64,000 nucleotides of DNA from Octopus bimaculoides (GCF_001194135.2 NC_068992.1:21314328-21378327); one strand, 5' to 3'. Positions 14,271 through 26,559 are shown, counted from the stretch's first letter. Made by a program: numbers and translations. Notes: generated by a model from the letters alone, not told the origin.

Positions 14271-14416
14271 ATCCAAAGTTCTTAAACATCCATAAATTCG
14301 AAACGTTCGTGAAGAGAATTGTCACTAATGGAACATTTCAGGAAGTGCTCACAAAGTCCTCAGACGAAATGCAGCCGTTATTGGATACCCTTTCGGCCTT
14401 CATATCTTGTGAATGA
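14271..14416 (+). CDS. Candidate terminal exon (unrecognised peptide)
   Basis: Long T-rich acceptor ending ttttgatag; one open frame (D)PKFLNIHKFETFVKRIVTNGTFQEVLTKSSDEMQPLLDTLSAFISCE*. No homology recognised. Confidence 0.2.
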
Positions 14417-14544
14417 CATCACTCACCGTCGGTAACCCCCTGCTTGATTTAATTTAGCTGGTGCCGTTTCATTACCAGCATCTTTCATATCGATATATAC
14501 CTTGTTCTCTACTTTGTGTTGAAAACACCATGAAACTGAATACA

Positions 14545-14920
14545 ATAGACACAGGAAATGCTTCAGCCATATGGCTCCTAAGTCAGCCCAGCTGTACGCC
14601 ACCTTGAACAAGTGACTTCTACGATAGCTTCAGACTGATTCGTGGCTTCAGAGTAAATTTGGTAGACGAAAACTGTCTGCACGCTGTATATCTATGTGTG
14701 GGTGCATGTTATATAGATATGCGATTGTGTATGACTACGTATGTCCAGGCGTGATCACAGCTTGACTTGTGGGTTTGTTTATGTCCCTGTAAATTATCAG
14801 TCAGTTAGAATTTTACACCAGACTTACAAAAAACGTATGTACCGGGGTCGATTTGTTCGACGAAACTCTTCAAGGTGGTGCCTCTGCATGACCGCAGTCC
14901 AATGATGAAACGAGTCTGGG
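14545..14920 (+). mobile_element. Old, degenerate SINE, family B
   Basis: caccttgaacaagtgacttctacgatagc...aatttggtagacgaaaactg...ggggtcgatttgttcgac...cttcaaggtggtgcc..gcatgaccgcagtccaatga align with the 17215 and 34024 copies. Confidence 0.85.
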
Positions 14921-16052
14921 AAAAACACAAAACGATAAAAAATATATAAATTTTGGGTAATTTTCTAGATATAATTACATATACTTTACTTCTTCAATTT
15001 AATATATTCATAGAAATTGTCTTGTGTTAGTCTTATATCTCATTCTTTTGGTCAAAACAAATAAAATCATATAATTCTCCTCAAATAACACTCAGATAAT
15101 CAAAGAAAATATCACTAGTTACATTATAAAAGATTCTCATGACATCCAATTTATATTATACAAGGTAAAGGAAATGGAAACAAATTATTTTCTGTAAATA
15201 TTATTTCCAATAATAAATGATATAATTATATAACAACCATTGGGATAAATTAGGATATATGGTTAAGTAAAAAAATAAAAAAGACATTTACATATCTCTA
15301 TAAAAATCTCTTGATTTTAATTTTCCGGGATTCTTGAAACTCTGAAAACAAAACTTCAAAGAAAAGGCGCATACGTTCTTTGCTGGTAACCTAATATAAA
15401 AAAAAATCTTAGAAGTTAGTTCCAAATAAGTGAAGAGAATCTTTAAAGCACAAAATTGCCACAGGTATGTCTGATGAATGAACATCAAAGTAATCCGTAT
15501 AAATCTATATTCTTTGCTAATGTGTTTATGTCATTTTCATTTAACTGCCATCGATTAGATTTTTACAGTCCTTGTATTTAAGGGAGCGATTTTAAGTGAG
15601 AGTCTTTTATCGTCAATTCTGAGAGTTGGTTCCATTAGGATCTAACAGGGATTAATAATTACATTATCGATATCCACCTTCCGGTGTTTCTGGATAGATG
15701 TGAGCAACGTCGGTGTCTCAATAATCGCATTTCATTTATGCGCTCATTAACTGTGTAATAGTATCTGAGAAGAAAATCCTTATAAGACACCGAGCGTTAA
15801 AATAGCACTGACTACCTCGAACTAGTCGAAGCAACTGACTCCATAGTTTGTCGAGGACGATGGATATCGACATTTTGCTGTGTTTGAAGCTCTTCAGCAT
15901 CGTTTATTCGAGTCACTTCGGAAGGAAATGCAATCGCTGTTCGAGGGTATGTATGCAAATAGCATGGAGTTTATCTACTAATGCGCAACATCGCCGCGCA
16001 AGTGAAAAGAAATTAAAGTTTGATTTATAAGTAGTATTTCCAATGTTACATA

Positions 16053-16193
16053 TTGAAAACACCATGAAACTGAGTGCAATAGACGCAGGAAATGCTCCAA
16101 CCATATGACCCTAGGTCAGCCCAGCTGTGCGTCACCTTGAACAAGTGACGTCTACGATAGCTTCAGACTGATCCTTGGCTTCAGAGTAAATTT
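16053..16193 (+). repeat. 141-bp local copy of 14519-14660 flanked by a 26-bp direct repeat
   Basis: About 13 differences by eye; flanks are tttataagtagtatttccaatgttac (16024-16049) and tttataagttgtattactaatgttac (16191-16216). Confidence 0.9.
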
Positions 16194-17214
16194 ATAAGTT
16201 GTATTACTAATGTTACTGCGTGTGTTTTGTTTATGCACTCATTGGCTGAAGGATAGCGTCTGATTTTGACAATATTTTATAACCGTTAAGTATCTAGAAG
16301 GTTATCATATGAGTGATGACGAGACATGCACTAGATCATATATTTGGTTTGACATATTTACTGACCGGGCATTGAAATAGTGACGTTTATGCTTTAATCA
16401 TAGACGTTTATGCTTTAATTATTAAATGTCTGAATATAGTAAAGGGTATGCCATACGTATTTCAGTTACATGCCACTCGATATTAACTTCAAATTCATCT
16501 TGTTGTAGTTGTTATGTAACAATTAGTCTGTAGATACACAGAAAGGAATCAGTCAAACAATGATGGGATGCCTCCCACACATTTGTTGTTCAATATATAC
16601 CATAACGGGAACGGACATTCCGGTACAATCGGATTTGAATTTCATTTCTTTGGTGGATCATAGACTAATTAATAAGAAGAAGCTAGACAAAAGACATCTT
16701 ATTTAATTTATGAAACGAAACAGGTGTCTAATTCCATATTACAGAAAATAAAACGACCAGTAACCTTCACAATTTCAAATAACTGCCTTCTCACGTTATA
16801 TTGATAACCATACGCTCTTCTTTTAATCTTTAGTAGAGATTGTTATTGTCTTTGATATTAGTAAAGACTTTGTTGGCGTCTAATAGGAAAAAAATCCCGT
16901 AGTTATCCACATTTAAATAATCACTTATACCCGGAATGCCTACCAACATGTTAAACAGAATAGTTTTCAACCTCACAAAACAAGGTCACATCTGAGCATT
17001 AAGGCCAACAATTTCAGGGCCTAAATTTGAGTAAGTTAATAGGACACCGGCTGAGTACCAGAGTGGAGTTAACGTTTCGTATTTAAACAGCGATGAACGA
17101 TGTTGTATTGTTTCCATGGCCAACGATTCATTTTGAAATATTTCAATACTGTGTTTTTGATATGCTCCAGGTTTGGGAAATGGATTTTTGAATTCTACTT
17201 CCCTATTTCCCATC

Positions 17215-17613
17215 GGCGTAGTAGTGGTTGTGTGGTAAGTAGCTTCCTTACCAACCACATGGTTCCGGGTTCAGTCCCACTGCGTGGCACCTTGGGCAAG
17301 TGTCTTCTACTATAGCCTCGAGCCGAGCCAAGCCTTGCGAGATGATTTGATAGACGGAAACTGAAAGAAATCCGTCACATATATGTATGCGTGTGTATAT
17401 GTTTGTGTGTCTGTGTTTTTCCCTCCAACATCGCTTGACAACCGATGCTGGTGTGTTTACGTCCCCGTAACTTAGCGGTTCGGCCAAATATCCCGATAGA
17501 ATAAGTACTAGGCTTACAAACAATAAGTCCTTGGGTCGATTTGCTCGACTAAAGGCGGTGCTCCAGCATAGCCACAGTCAAATGACTGAAAGAAGTAAAA
17601 GAGTAAAAGAGTA
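17215..17613 (+). mobile_element. Full-length tRNA-derived SINE, family B
   Basis: A-box-like tggttgtgtggt, B-box-like gggttcagtccc, a central TA/TG tract and a tail ending (aaaagagta)2. Confidence 0.95.
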
Positions 17614-19819
17614 TTTCTGAAATCCTTGAACCTTCCAAAACGCATGGCTACTTTTCGTTTGATTTATCCTAAACACACTTCATGAAGGAACATTTAAGTA
17701 CTACTTTATAACCCAGTATTTCATTACACACTATGTATAAACCAGAAGATGATTTAATAAAGACACACATCACGTTTTACTATGAAACAAGTGACATGCA
17801 TCGAACGTTTTACTCTGTAGCGTCTATATTAAGACCTTGTCACAATTAAATGCATTTCACTGCAAACGTTATTTATAAATTGAAAGATGTTACATTTACT
17901 TTGAATGACGCCTATATCACGAAGCTGGGAATTATTTTATTGCAATTTTCATTTTTCCTGTGTGCGTTGGTAGAAAAGTAAAATCACATTTAAAAATATA
18001 TAATATGAAATGCTAAAGTCTCAACGTGTAGCGTATCGATTCATATATTAGATTTTATCATCTTCTAACATGGTTTTCCTTATATTTTCATTTGAAAAGC
18101 GATACGATTTAAGGATTGACTTTTAAAATCTAATATTAGAATTTTTCAATGATTGATTGATGGGTTTTAAAAAAAGTATACATATATAAACAGATGAATA
18201 GAAAGCTTCTCATGCAAATATTATTGAATGTTTAATAACAAGAAAACTTTCTGTCGATGAAAAAATACAAACATTCATTCAACGTTTATTCGATTTGAAC
18301 GAAGGCCTGAAATTTCCATCATACAAGGTAAGATAGAATGAGTTTAAGAATTGAGAACCAAATATAAAAAAAAAATGTAAATTCATGGAACATGAAACAT
18401 AAATTGATTAATGCAATCTTTTCAGACAAAATGAATTCATCGAATATAATGAAGTATAAAAGATTTATTTTGTGGGCTTGAAGTTCAATTTTACTTTATA
18501 TGAGGGATGAAAATGACTGTGAGAGATCGTGTCTATCGAGAGTGCAGTAGGGTTAGCATGGCCAACATTGGGTTAAAATGGAGAAAGGATCGGACATTTA
18601 TTTATTTTTTTTTTTAGTGCACCAAAGTTGCCGTTTCCAATAAAGTTTGTTGGCGTTTAGAACTGTACTAATTCTAAATGTCTGTCAGGTTTTACAAGAA
18701 GATAATGAGGTTATATGAGAATATACATTTTTCTAATGATTACGAGCTATAACAACCTATTTTGGATCGGAGTAAGATGAAATCATGCGATAGTGGGATA
18801 GCATAAGTTTAGTTACATTAAATTATGATATCCAACTTCAGTATGTGAGTGAATATAAAATGGGGTTACATTGCCTCCTGTTTGTGGTACTTGCAATAGA
18901 AAGATTTATGAAAGGAAATATATCCAAACTATAATTCACACTCGCACACACATCCAAATTAGAGGCAGCTACTCACACTATTTAATTGTATTTATGTTAT
19001 CCGCTCTAGGTGCAGACATAATATGGAGATCCAGGCTCGATCCTACTGCACCAGACCTAAGACAAGTGTTTGATGCAGAAACTTCTGTTCGTTAATACTT
19101 TATAAATGGAATTTACTCGAGGAATAGTGCAAAGAATCCTGTAATATGTCTATATTCCTGTGGTAATGTTTTAAATTCACATTTAGTTCCGCCGTTTTAT
19201 GATGAAATTTAACCGAGCGATTCCATAAATCGAAATCATTAAAATAAATAACAGACTAAAATTCGATACGATCAACTAAAACGCTTGAAGTTGGTGCCTG
19301 AAGAATATCACATTTCAATGACTGAAAGCAAAAAAAAAGAATATATTTTTAATCTATGTTGATTGTTATAACTCATTGAAAGTAAATATTTAAAGTACAC
19401 AAACTCCAGTATTTGATTTTTAATGATTTAGAGTTTATATTACATGATATAATGAGAAGAGGAGAGCCAAAATCCATTGAATTCAAATACTATGTCGAAG
19501 AATAAAGAGGCATCTTATAGGTTACTGAAATAGTAAGCAGCGCATCAAGAATTTGAAACCAGGTCGCTAGTCAAAAAGCCAGAGAAATTTGTTAAACAGC
19601 CGTCGGATTAAGCAAATCATATAAAGAAGTCTAAAAGAATTTTCTTAATTCTATCTTTCAATATAATGAAAATATATTTGAAAATGTGCTTGATTTTTTA
19701 TTTTTTATCTATTTATTTTCTCTTTTGTTGATGAATTCCGTGTTTTCGGACGTATAAGGTACTCTCTGTCTCTCTCTCTCTCTCTTTATATNNNNNNNNN
19801 NNNNNNNNNNNNNNNNNNN

Positions 19820-19850
<31 letters not shown>

Positions 19851-19923
19851 TGCAAACAGAGTTAGCGGTTATAATAACCGACAAAGGGATAAAATATCTG
19901 TATATACGATCGGTATCCGTTAC

Positions 19924-19983
19924 CTGTATTATCTCCGGGCATTGGTGTGCCTGCACACCAATGCATGTAGAGTGCAGATAACA
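19924..19983 (-). other. 60-nt exon-like segment containing a perfect 12-bp hairpin
   Basis: Minus-strand acceptor ctcttgtttttcctag and donor CAG/gtaacg; GCATTGGTGTGC ct GCACACCAATGC at 19939-19964. It could instead be the terminus of a small Helitron-like element. Confidence 0.3.
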
Positions 19984-20194
19984 CTAGGAAAAACAAGAGT
20001 TTATCAGGAACCAATGCAAATAATTAGAAAATAGAGAAAACCACAGATTAACAAACACATCCATTGGACCACATTTATAGCTTATTTTTTTATACTAAGT
20101 ACGACATATCAAAATAGGTACCGTAACATATCTACATCACCTATTTTGTTACGGCATGGTTTGTATTAAAAGACTAGAAAGAATATTTGGACTC

Positions 20195-20409
20195 GAGTTC
20201 CCCTCGCGTTCTCCTGATTGAACAGCTCCAATTTCTACTTCTGAGAGACCCTAAAGGATGTCGTGTATCTTAGAAAACTAAGACAAGAAATTGAAAATGC
20301 ACGTGCAACAATCTCACTGGACACTTTGGCTAACGCTGCCCACGCAGTATCTTGCCGTACGTATAAATGTCTGGATGCTAATGGCCAACACTTTAAGCAC
20401 CTCCTATAA
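20195..20409 (+). pseudogene. IS630-Tc1-mariner transposase C-terminal remnant
   Basis: EFPSRSPD[fs]NSSNFYF*ETLKDVVY...LRQEIENA..ISLDTL...KCLDANGQHFKHLL* matches the SPDL.P.DF.LWG.LK..VY ... G.HFEHLL ending of ITm transposases. Confidence 0.85.
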
Positions 20410-20477
20410 TTGTAGAGTCCAAAGTTAACTTGTATTAATCACGTAAATAAATTTAGCATTAAAATATTCATACAGAA

Positions 20478-20730
20478 TTTATTGTCTGGGGAGAGTCATT
20501 TTGTTTTAGTGTCTTATTACTTAAAACTCTCACCGGTTCACTTTCCTCTCATTTACTTATTTACTTTTTCTAAATTTTCGTTGCGTCTTGCCAACGACTA
20601 TTGAAGAGGTTTCAAGATGCAACGAAAATTTTAGAAAAAATAAATAATTAAATGAGAGGAAATCGAACCGGTGAGAGTGTTAAGTAATAAGGCACTAAAA
20701 GAGAATGACTCACCCGCAGACACAATAAAA
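20478..20730. mobile_element. Foldback/MITE-like long inverted repeat
   Basis: Arms of about 115 bp (tttattgtctggggagagtcatt...ttttcgttgcgtcttg and caagatgcaacgaaaa...aatgactcacccgcagacacaataaa) around a loop of about 22 nt. Confidence 0.9.
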
Positions 20731-20838
20731 TATGCTTCAACACACGAATTCACATAAAGTACTTTGCAAACCAAATACAAAAACGGAATATTTATAGAGT
20801 TTTCCTTTCCTGAAGTGTGTATACATCTTTTTGGCGGA

Positions 20839-20880
<42 letters not shown>

Positions 20881-21130
20881 GTACTAGCTGACGTGCCCGG
20901 TAATTCCTGGAAGAACGGGGATTATCCCTTGTTCCCCTTCTCATAATTGTTTCGCTAATCCAATTGCAACAATACAAAGTATGTAGCCCTTAAAACGGTT
21001 TTTCTGCATTTACCGAGAATACCGAACCGTCTTACATAGGATCTTGTTTTTAGGAAACCTCAAGAAGTTATGAATACCAAAATCGTAAAGACAGTGTCTT
21101 CGTTGTAGAGTACGTCTTCACAAAACAGCA

Positions 21131-21540
21131 ACATTACTATCAATATCAATATAAATTAAGAAAGTGTTCTCATATGTAAACAGCGTGTGGCATTTATGAG
21201 GACAGTAAATATGACAAGTAGACAAAGGAAAAGTAAAGGATTTTAAATGGATTATTTCCCCTTTGCTGTTAAAGAAAAATAAAATGTACATCTTAAGAAA
21301 ATGTCAACACAGCTATCAATATAGATTAAGACGGCGTTCCTACATGTAAACAGCGTGGGAAGTTTATAAGGACAATGCAGATTGCAATGTTATTGATAGA
21401 TAAATGGCAGTTTCTGTCTTCTTGTGTGTTTGATTGTTACATAGAGCACATCATTACAAAACATTAACACACCTATCAATATAAATTAAGAAGGTGTTCC
21501 TTCATGTTAACAAGGTGTGACATTTGTGATGACAGATTTG
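21131..21540. repeat. Three diverged internal repeats (about 165-170 bp period) in the Helitron
   Basis: The core tatcaatata.attaaga.gg.gtt...atgt.aaca..gtg...attt.t.a.gaca occurs at about 21146, 21314 and 21474. Confidence 0.8.
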
Positions 21541-21778
21541 TCTAAAAGCATAACAGTTCTTCGCACATCGCCTTTCAATTGGCTGAAGTGACATGAAAGG
21601 CATCATCGTTCATGGTGTGTTCGTGAACAAGTCGCTAACCGAAATAAGTGGATCTATTGTTGAGGAAAATACTGGGTGAAGTGCGAAAATAGCCTTTACA
21701 GTTCAGATACTAAGAAATAGACATACTCACCTTCATTTGTATTAAATAAAATGTAATGTTATGAATTTTTTTGGCACG

Positions 21779-21792
21779 GTTGCCATGGAAAC
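21779..21792. promoter_or_regulatory. RFX X-box motif (GTTGCCATGGAAAC)
   Basis: Matches the palindromic RFX consensus GTTNCCATGGNAAC; lies inside the Helitron-like element. Function not shown. Confidence 0.5.
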
Positions 21793-22334
21793 AGTATGTT
21801 AATGGTAAACTTTGCAAATAAGTTGTGGCATTGATATCTCCATAAGCCGTGGTGAGATTTTATTCAAATTTATTTTAAATTAAAGTTTTAAATGAATGAA
21901 ATGTCATTAAATTTATTTATTGACTTAGGACATGAGTTAGATTGATAGTAAAATCACTGCATTTGTCTGATAACGTCTTGTAAGAAAGTCCACGTAACGT
22001 TGAACACACACGTACAACGTAACCATTGGCAACTGGTCACTCTGAAGATATTGCTTCTCTAATAAATGGAGGGACAAATGACCAGTGGGCAATAGAGAAA
22101 AATAAAGAAAAATGAATGGGTTATTTGCCCTTGGCTTTTAATGGAAAATAGATGGGTTGTACCTGGACTAATTCTACGGGCCGTAATCGTCCAATTATAG
22201 ATTTTTATTAAACTGCAATGAACCTAATAACAAACAGGATGTTACTTTAACATGTATGCAAAGTTTCACGAAGATTCATTAACAAGTGTAGACGGCAACT
22301 TGACAGAAACAAACAGACATCCAAACAGAATGCC

Positions 22335-22381
<47 letters not shown>

Positions 22382-22940
22382 AAGAGAGGGAGAGTCAGAA
22401 GAGACATATATATCTATATATGAAAATATATGGAAAAAGGGGAAGAAAAAGACGGGGATCGATATACATGTATATTAACATATATGTGCATATAAGATAA
22501 AAACAAAATTAGGAAAAATTCTTTGAGAAGTTTAATATAGAAAATGTTAATATTTTACTCAATATATACTACTGGTTTCAAATTTTAAGACGATATCATC
22601 ATGGTATATGTCAGGGTAAAACAAATCAAAATAAATTAAAATAATCAACATATCAGTACTAGGAGTTCATACATATGTCTTTCGTACAAAAATTGAATTT
22701 AGTTGCTTTTCTTCTGATGTCAGCTGTGTCACAACAGCATCATGATCACTTTGACAAACATCATAACATTTTGATTGCAGATTTTTTTTCTTCTCTAATA
22801 ATATAAATCTACTCGTATGGAAGCTCTTAACATTTTCTAAACACACACAGACACACAGACACACACATATATACACAGACAAACGTATTCTTACATGTAC
22901 ATATATATATTCACACATACGTACACATGTACGTACATAA

Positions 22941-22985
<45 letters not shown>

Positions 22986-23636
22986 NNNNNNNNNNNNNNN
23001 NNNNNNNNNNNNNNNNNNNNNNNNNNNNNNNNNNNNNNNNNNNNNNNNNNNNNNNNNNNNNNNNNNNNNNNNNNNNNNNNNNNNNNNNNNNNNNNNNNNN
23101 NNNNNNNNNNNNNNNNNNNNNNNNNNNNNNNNNNNNNNNNNNNNNNNNNNNNNNNNNNNNNNNNNNNNNNNNNNNNNNNNNNNNNNNNNNNNNNNNNNNN
23201 NNNNNNNNNNNNNNNNNNNNNNNNNNNNNNNNNNNNNNNNNNNNNNNNNNNNNNNNNNNNNNNNNNNNNNNNNNNNNNNNNNNNNNNNNNNNNNNNNNNN
23301 NNNNNNNNNNNNNNNNNNNNNNNNNNNNNNNNNNNNNNNNNNNNNNNNNNNNNNNNNNNNNNNNNNNNNNNNNNNNNNNNNNNNNNNNNNNNNNNNNNNN
23401 NNNNNNNNNNNNNNNNNNNNNNNNNNNNNNNNNNNNNNNNNNNNNNNNNNNNNNNNNNNNNNNNNNNNNNNNNNNNNNNNNNNNNNNNNNNNNNNNNNNN
23501 NNNNNNNNNNNNNNNNNNNNNNNNNNNNNNNNNNNNNNNNNNNNNNNNNNNNNNNNNNNNNNNNNNNNNNNNNNNNNNNNNNNNNNNNNNNNNNNNNNNN
23601 NNNNNNNNNNNNNNNNNNNNNNNNNNNNNNNNNNNN

Positions 23637-23672
<36 letters not shown>

Positions 23673-23699
23673 AATGTATGTATGTAAGTATGTATATCA

Positions 23700-24010
23700 T
23701 TGTTTAGTTTTGTTTCAAGATTTCTTGCCAATAGAGAAAGACCCGGTTTCTAACCTAGATTCAAGACGCCGTTATTGGAATATCAACAACAAGAGGGTAT
23801 TTTTGTCTGTCTGTATGTCTGTATGTATTATGTATGCATAAATGTGTATGTTTCTGTTTTATATATGTATTCCCATGCATATAGTTGCATATCTAGACAT
23901 GCTCATAAATATTTAAATGATAAACTTCTGGAAAGTTTTACAGATTTTGACAGTTCCAGTAATGGATTGGATCTGTAGCCCTTGAAGCCTAATTTCTCAA
24001 GATTGGTATT
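23700..24010. mobile_element. Interspersed repeat (unclassified) with a central microsatellite tract
   Basis: Two unique-looking blocks (ttttgtttcaagatttcttgccaatagagaaaga... and tttaaatgataaacttctggaaagttttacag...) flank a TATG/TA tract. I recall this as a recurrent octopus repeat but cannot verify it here. Confidence 0.45.
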
Positions 24011-24032
24011 TAGGCAGAGTGTTACATATCGC

Positions 24033-24204
24033 ATGTATGTACGTATGTATGTATGTATGTTTGTATGTATGTATGTATGTATGTATGCATGTATGCATGT
24101 ATATAGGTAAGTAGATGGGTAGGTAGGCAGGCGGGCAGATAGGTAAGTAGGTAGGTAGGTAGGTAGGTAGGTAGGTAGGTAGGTAGGTAGGTAGGTAGGT
24201 AGGT
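24033..24204. repeat. Compound (GTAT)n-(TAGG)n microsatellite
   Basis: Explains the PTYL/TYIH ORFs at 23997-24375. Confidence 0.95.
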
Positions 24205-24276
24205 TTCAATTCTGGGATCAGGTGGTGCGTTGTATTCTCGAGCCACACACTTCATCTCACTTTCTTCTCTTGTTAC

Positions 24277-24374
24277 CTCGACATTTGATGTGTGGTGGAC
24301 CGAACACATGTTCAGACAACATTGATTTGATGGGAGGTGGGAGTAAGCAAACGTACAGCACTTACATTCGATCA
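24277..24374 (-). CDS. Candidate Cys-rich exon (or a 9-nt microexon at 24366-24374)
   Basis: Acceptor ttttctttttag; the only open phase reads IECKCCTFAYSHLPSNQCCLNMCSVHHTSNVE up to GAG/gtaaca. A stronger GTAAGT donor sits 9 nt after the acceptor. Confidence 0.2.
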
Positions 24375-24548
24375 CTAAAAAGAAAACATTTATACTGATC
24401 GTTCAGCAAAAAACTGAACACTCATACTTCATCTTTGAGGGGAGATCGGTCATGTAATTTGTACACCGACACACACACACACACACACACACATACACAC
24501 ACACACACATACACAAACACGCAGGCATTTATATATCGCGCATGTATT

Positions 24549-24591
<43 letters not shown>

Positions 24592-26090
24592 GTATTTGTG
24601 TGGTGGGGTGTAGGCATTTACGTACGAAACCATGTGCACCAATTATTATTGCTATGAATGTGAATTTATAACCTGGATGTAGATAGTTCAAGTTTCGAAT
24701 CAGTTGTCCATAGATATCCTCTTCTCTTTCTCTATGTTTTTGAAAGAGATATTCACATCAGCAGGACAACTGACATTAATGACGGTGCGTACATTTTCTT
24801 GTCTGTCCCATACAACAATATCCAACTAGACAGATAATTTGATGAGAATATTCCAATATAGATATCATTCATTGCTATTATGCAAAAGTGTCATAAGTCC
24901 AAAACGTTGCTTTGTCAGAAAACGAAAAAATAGTTTCACCATTCCACAGTAAAACCGTTGTACTACACTTTGACAATTTTTGACATTTTGGCATCAGAAG
25001 CAGCTGGAGATACGATAGTTTGACCAAAGAAACCGTCTATTGCAAGCAAAACTAAATATTGAACAAAAAAAACACCTTTGGTCAAATTTGAACATACGAC
25101 AGTTTAACATAATAGCAATGATATGTTTATCTCCTTATTGTATGTAAGAGTATTCACTACAGTTATTGACGGGGAGGCCCATTGTGCCCTGTGACACAGA
25201 ATTGAGAATATCCAAAAGTAGACTTGTCTGCATTTTTAACGCATTTTCTACTAGACTTGCATCCAGGTCTCATCAGTATACTGTGGAACCTCCAAAGTGT
25301 TGTAAAGCACTTTACAGTACCAGTTTCTTCCCTCGCACCTCTGAAATGGGGAATTTCCCTCCACAGTATTGTTTTCCTCTTCAATATCACCTCTAGTCTT
25401 TTAAGTGTAATGGTCATCATCACTTATTGACTTCTGTCTAGCCTCCATTTTATTCTAGTAGCTCTTGCGTTTTCAGGAGTGTAAGGACCTTGTAACGAGC
25501 GAATGATTAAAAAAAATCATATGTTTTTGTAGCTGCAAACGTAAAACGTCTCAAGGCAATGTTATTGGTAAAAATAGAAACATGCAGGAACCAGCTTTCA
25601 GAATTTATAATATTATTTCCATGTGAGAGTGTATACTAATATATACTGACTACAAAGAGAACAGTATTATTCATGATTGAAATTCATCATTTACGGTAGT
25701 AAGTACAGCCACCTCACGACTGTTTGGCATTCTCAGGTGGCGGTGAAAGTAAGAGATATCGTGAGATCATAGTTCATGTGAACTTGTAATAGCTTAAGTC
25801 TTCTTGTCTGGATATTGCTTACACTTATATTATCTGAGGCAGTACCACGTAAATAGGTGGTGATTGATATCATGTCGTCAATGAGAGATTTATGCTGTCC
25901 AATCAGAGAATCGCCCCGTCTAAAATCGTTGGTTTAATCAGAGATCGTAGTCTGAAAGTTTGCAACTTAATTGCTATGGTTGTATGAAACCTTAAGAAAA
26001 TTGGGAAACTTTCATCTTGTTAACCATAAATTACACAACCACGAACACACGCGCGCGAACAAAAGCACGAATATGCCTCAATATACATAC

Positions 26091-26129
<39 letters not shown>

Positions 26130-26162
26130 TACATATCCATGAAGGTATATGTATATATGGGA

Positions 26163-26198
<36 letters not shown>

Positions 26199-26454
26199 TC
26201 AGATTGAGAGAGAGAGAGACAGAGAGAGAGATACACGAATGTACAGAATACGTTACAAATTCGATACGACCAATATATATGGGAGAGGTGTATGTGTTAG
26301 TATATCTGTGACTTTGTTTGTGTGTGCGTGTGCATGCGAATGTGTGTGTGTGTGTCTCGGCATAACAATATATATGGATGTGTCTCAGATTTGCATAAAA
26401 ATGTAACATTATATTTAACTACATTATAAATATTCAAAATGTGTATATACACAC

Positions 26455-26481
26455 AGATAGATAGATAGATAGATAGATAGC

Positions 26482-26558
<77 letters not shown>
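26455..26558. repeat. (GATA)n microsatellite
   Basis: Near-pure tetranucleotide array. Confidence 0.97.

Positions 26559-26559
<1 letters not shown>

Larger units (their letters stand above)
20884..22380 (-). mobile_element. Non-autonomous Helitron-like element
   Basis: Minus-strand 3' end is a hairpin CCAGG aatta CCGGG, 8 nt, then CTAG followed by T. The other end (catgtatgcaaagtttcacgaagatt...acaaacagaca...tttatatata) resembles microsatellite-associated Helitron ends. Internal tandem repeats are present. Confidence 0.75.

Noticed and set aside
15847-15980. Open frames on both strands (FVEDDGYRHF...; AIAFPSEVTRIND...)
   Set aside because: Weak splice sites and no recognisable family.
17110-17124. 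X-box-like GTTTCCATGGCCAAC
   Set aside because: Imperfect half-site and no associated start or exon.
19010-19095. Acceptor plus GADIIWRSRLDPTAPDLRQVFDAETSVR*
   Set aside because: Short, unrecognised and with no linked exon.
25898-25907. CCAAT box (tccaatcaga)
   Set aside because: An isolated short motif with no other promoter evidence.
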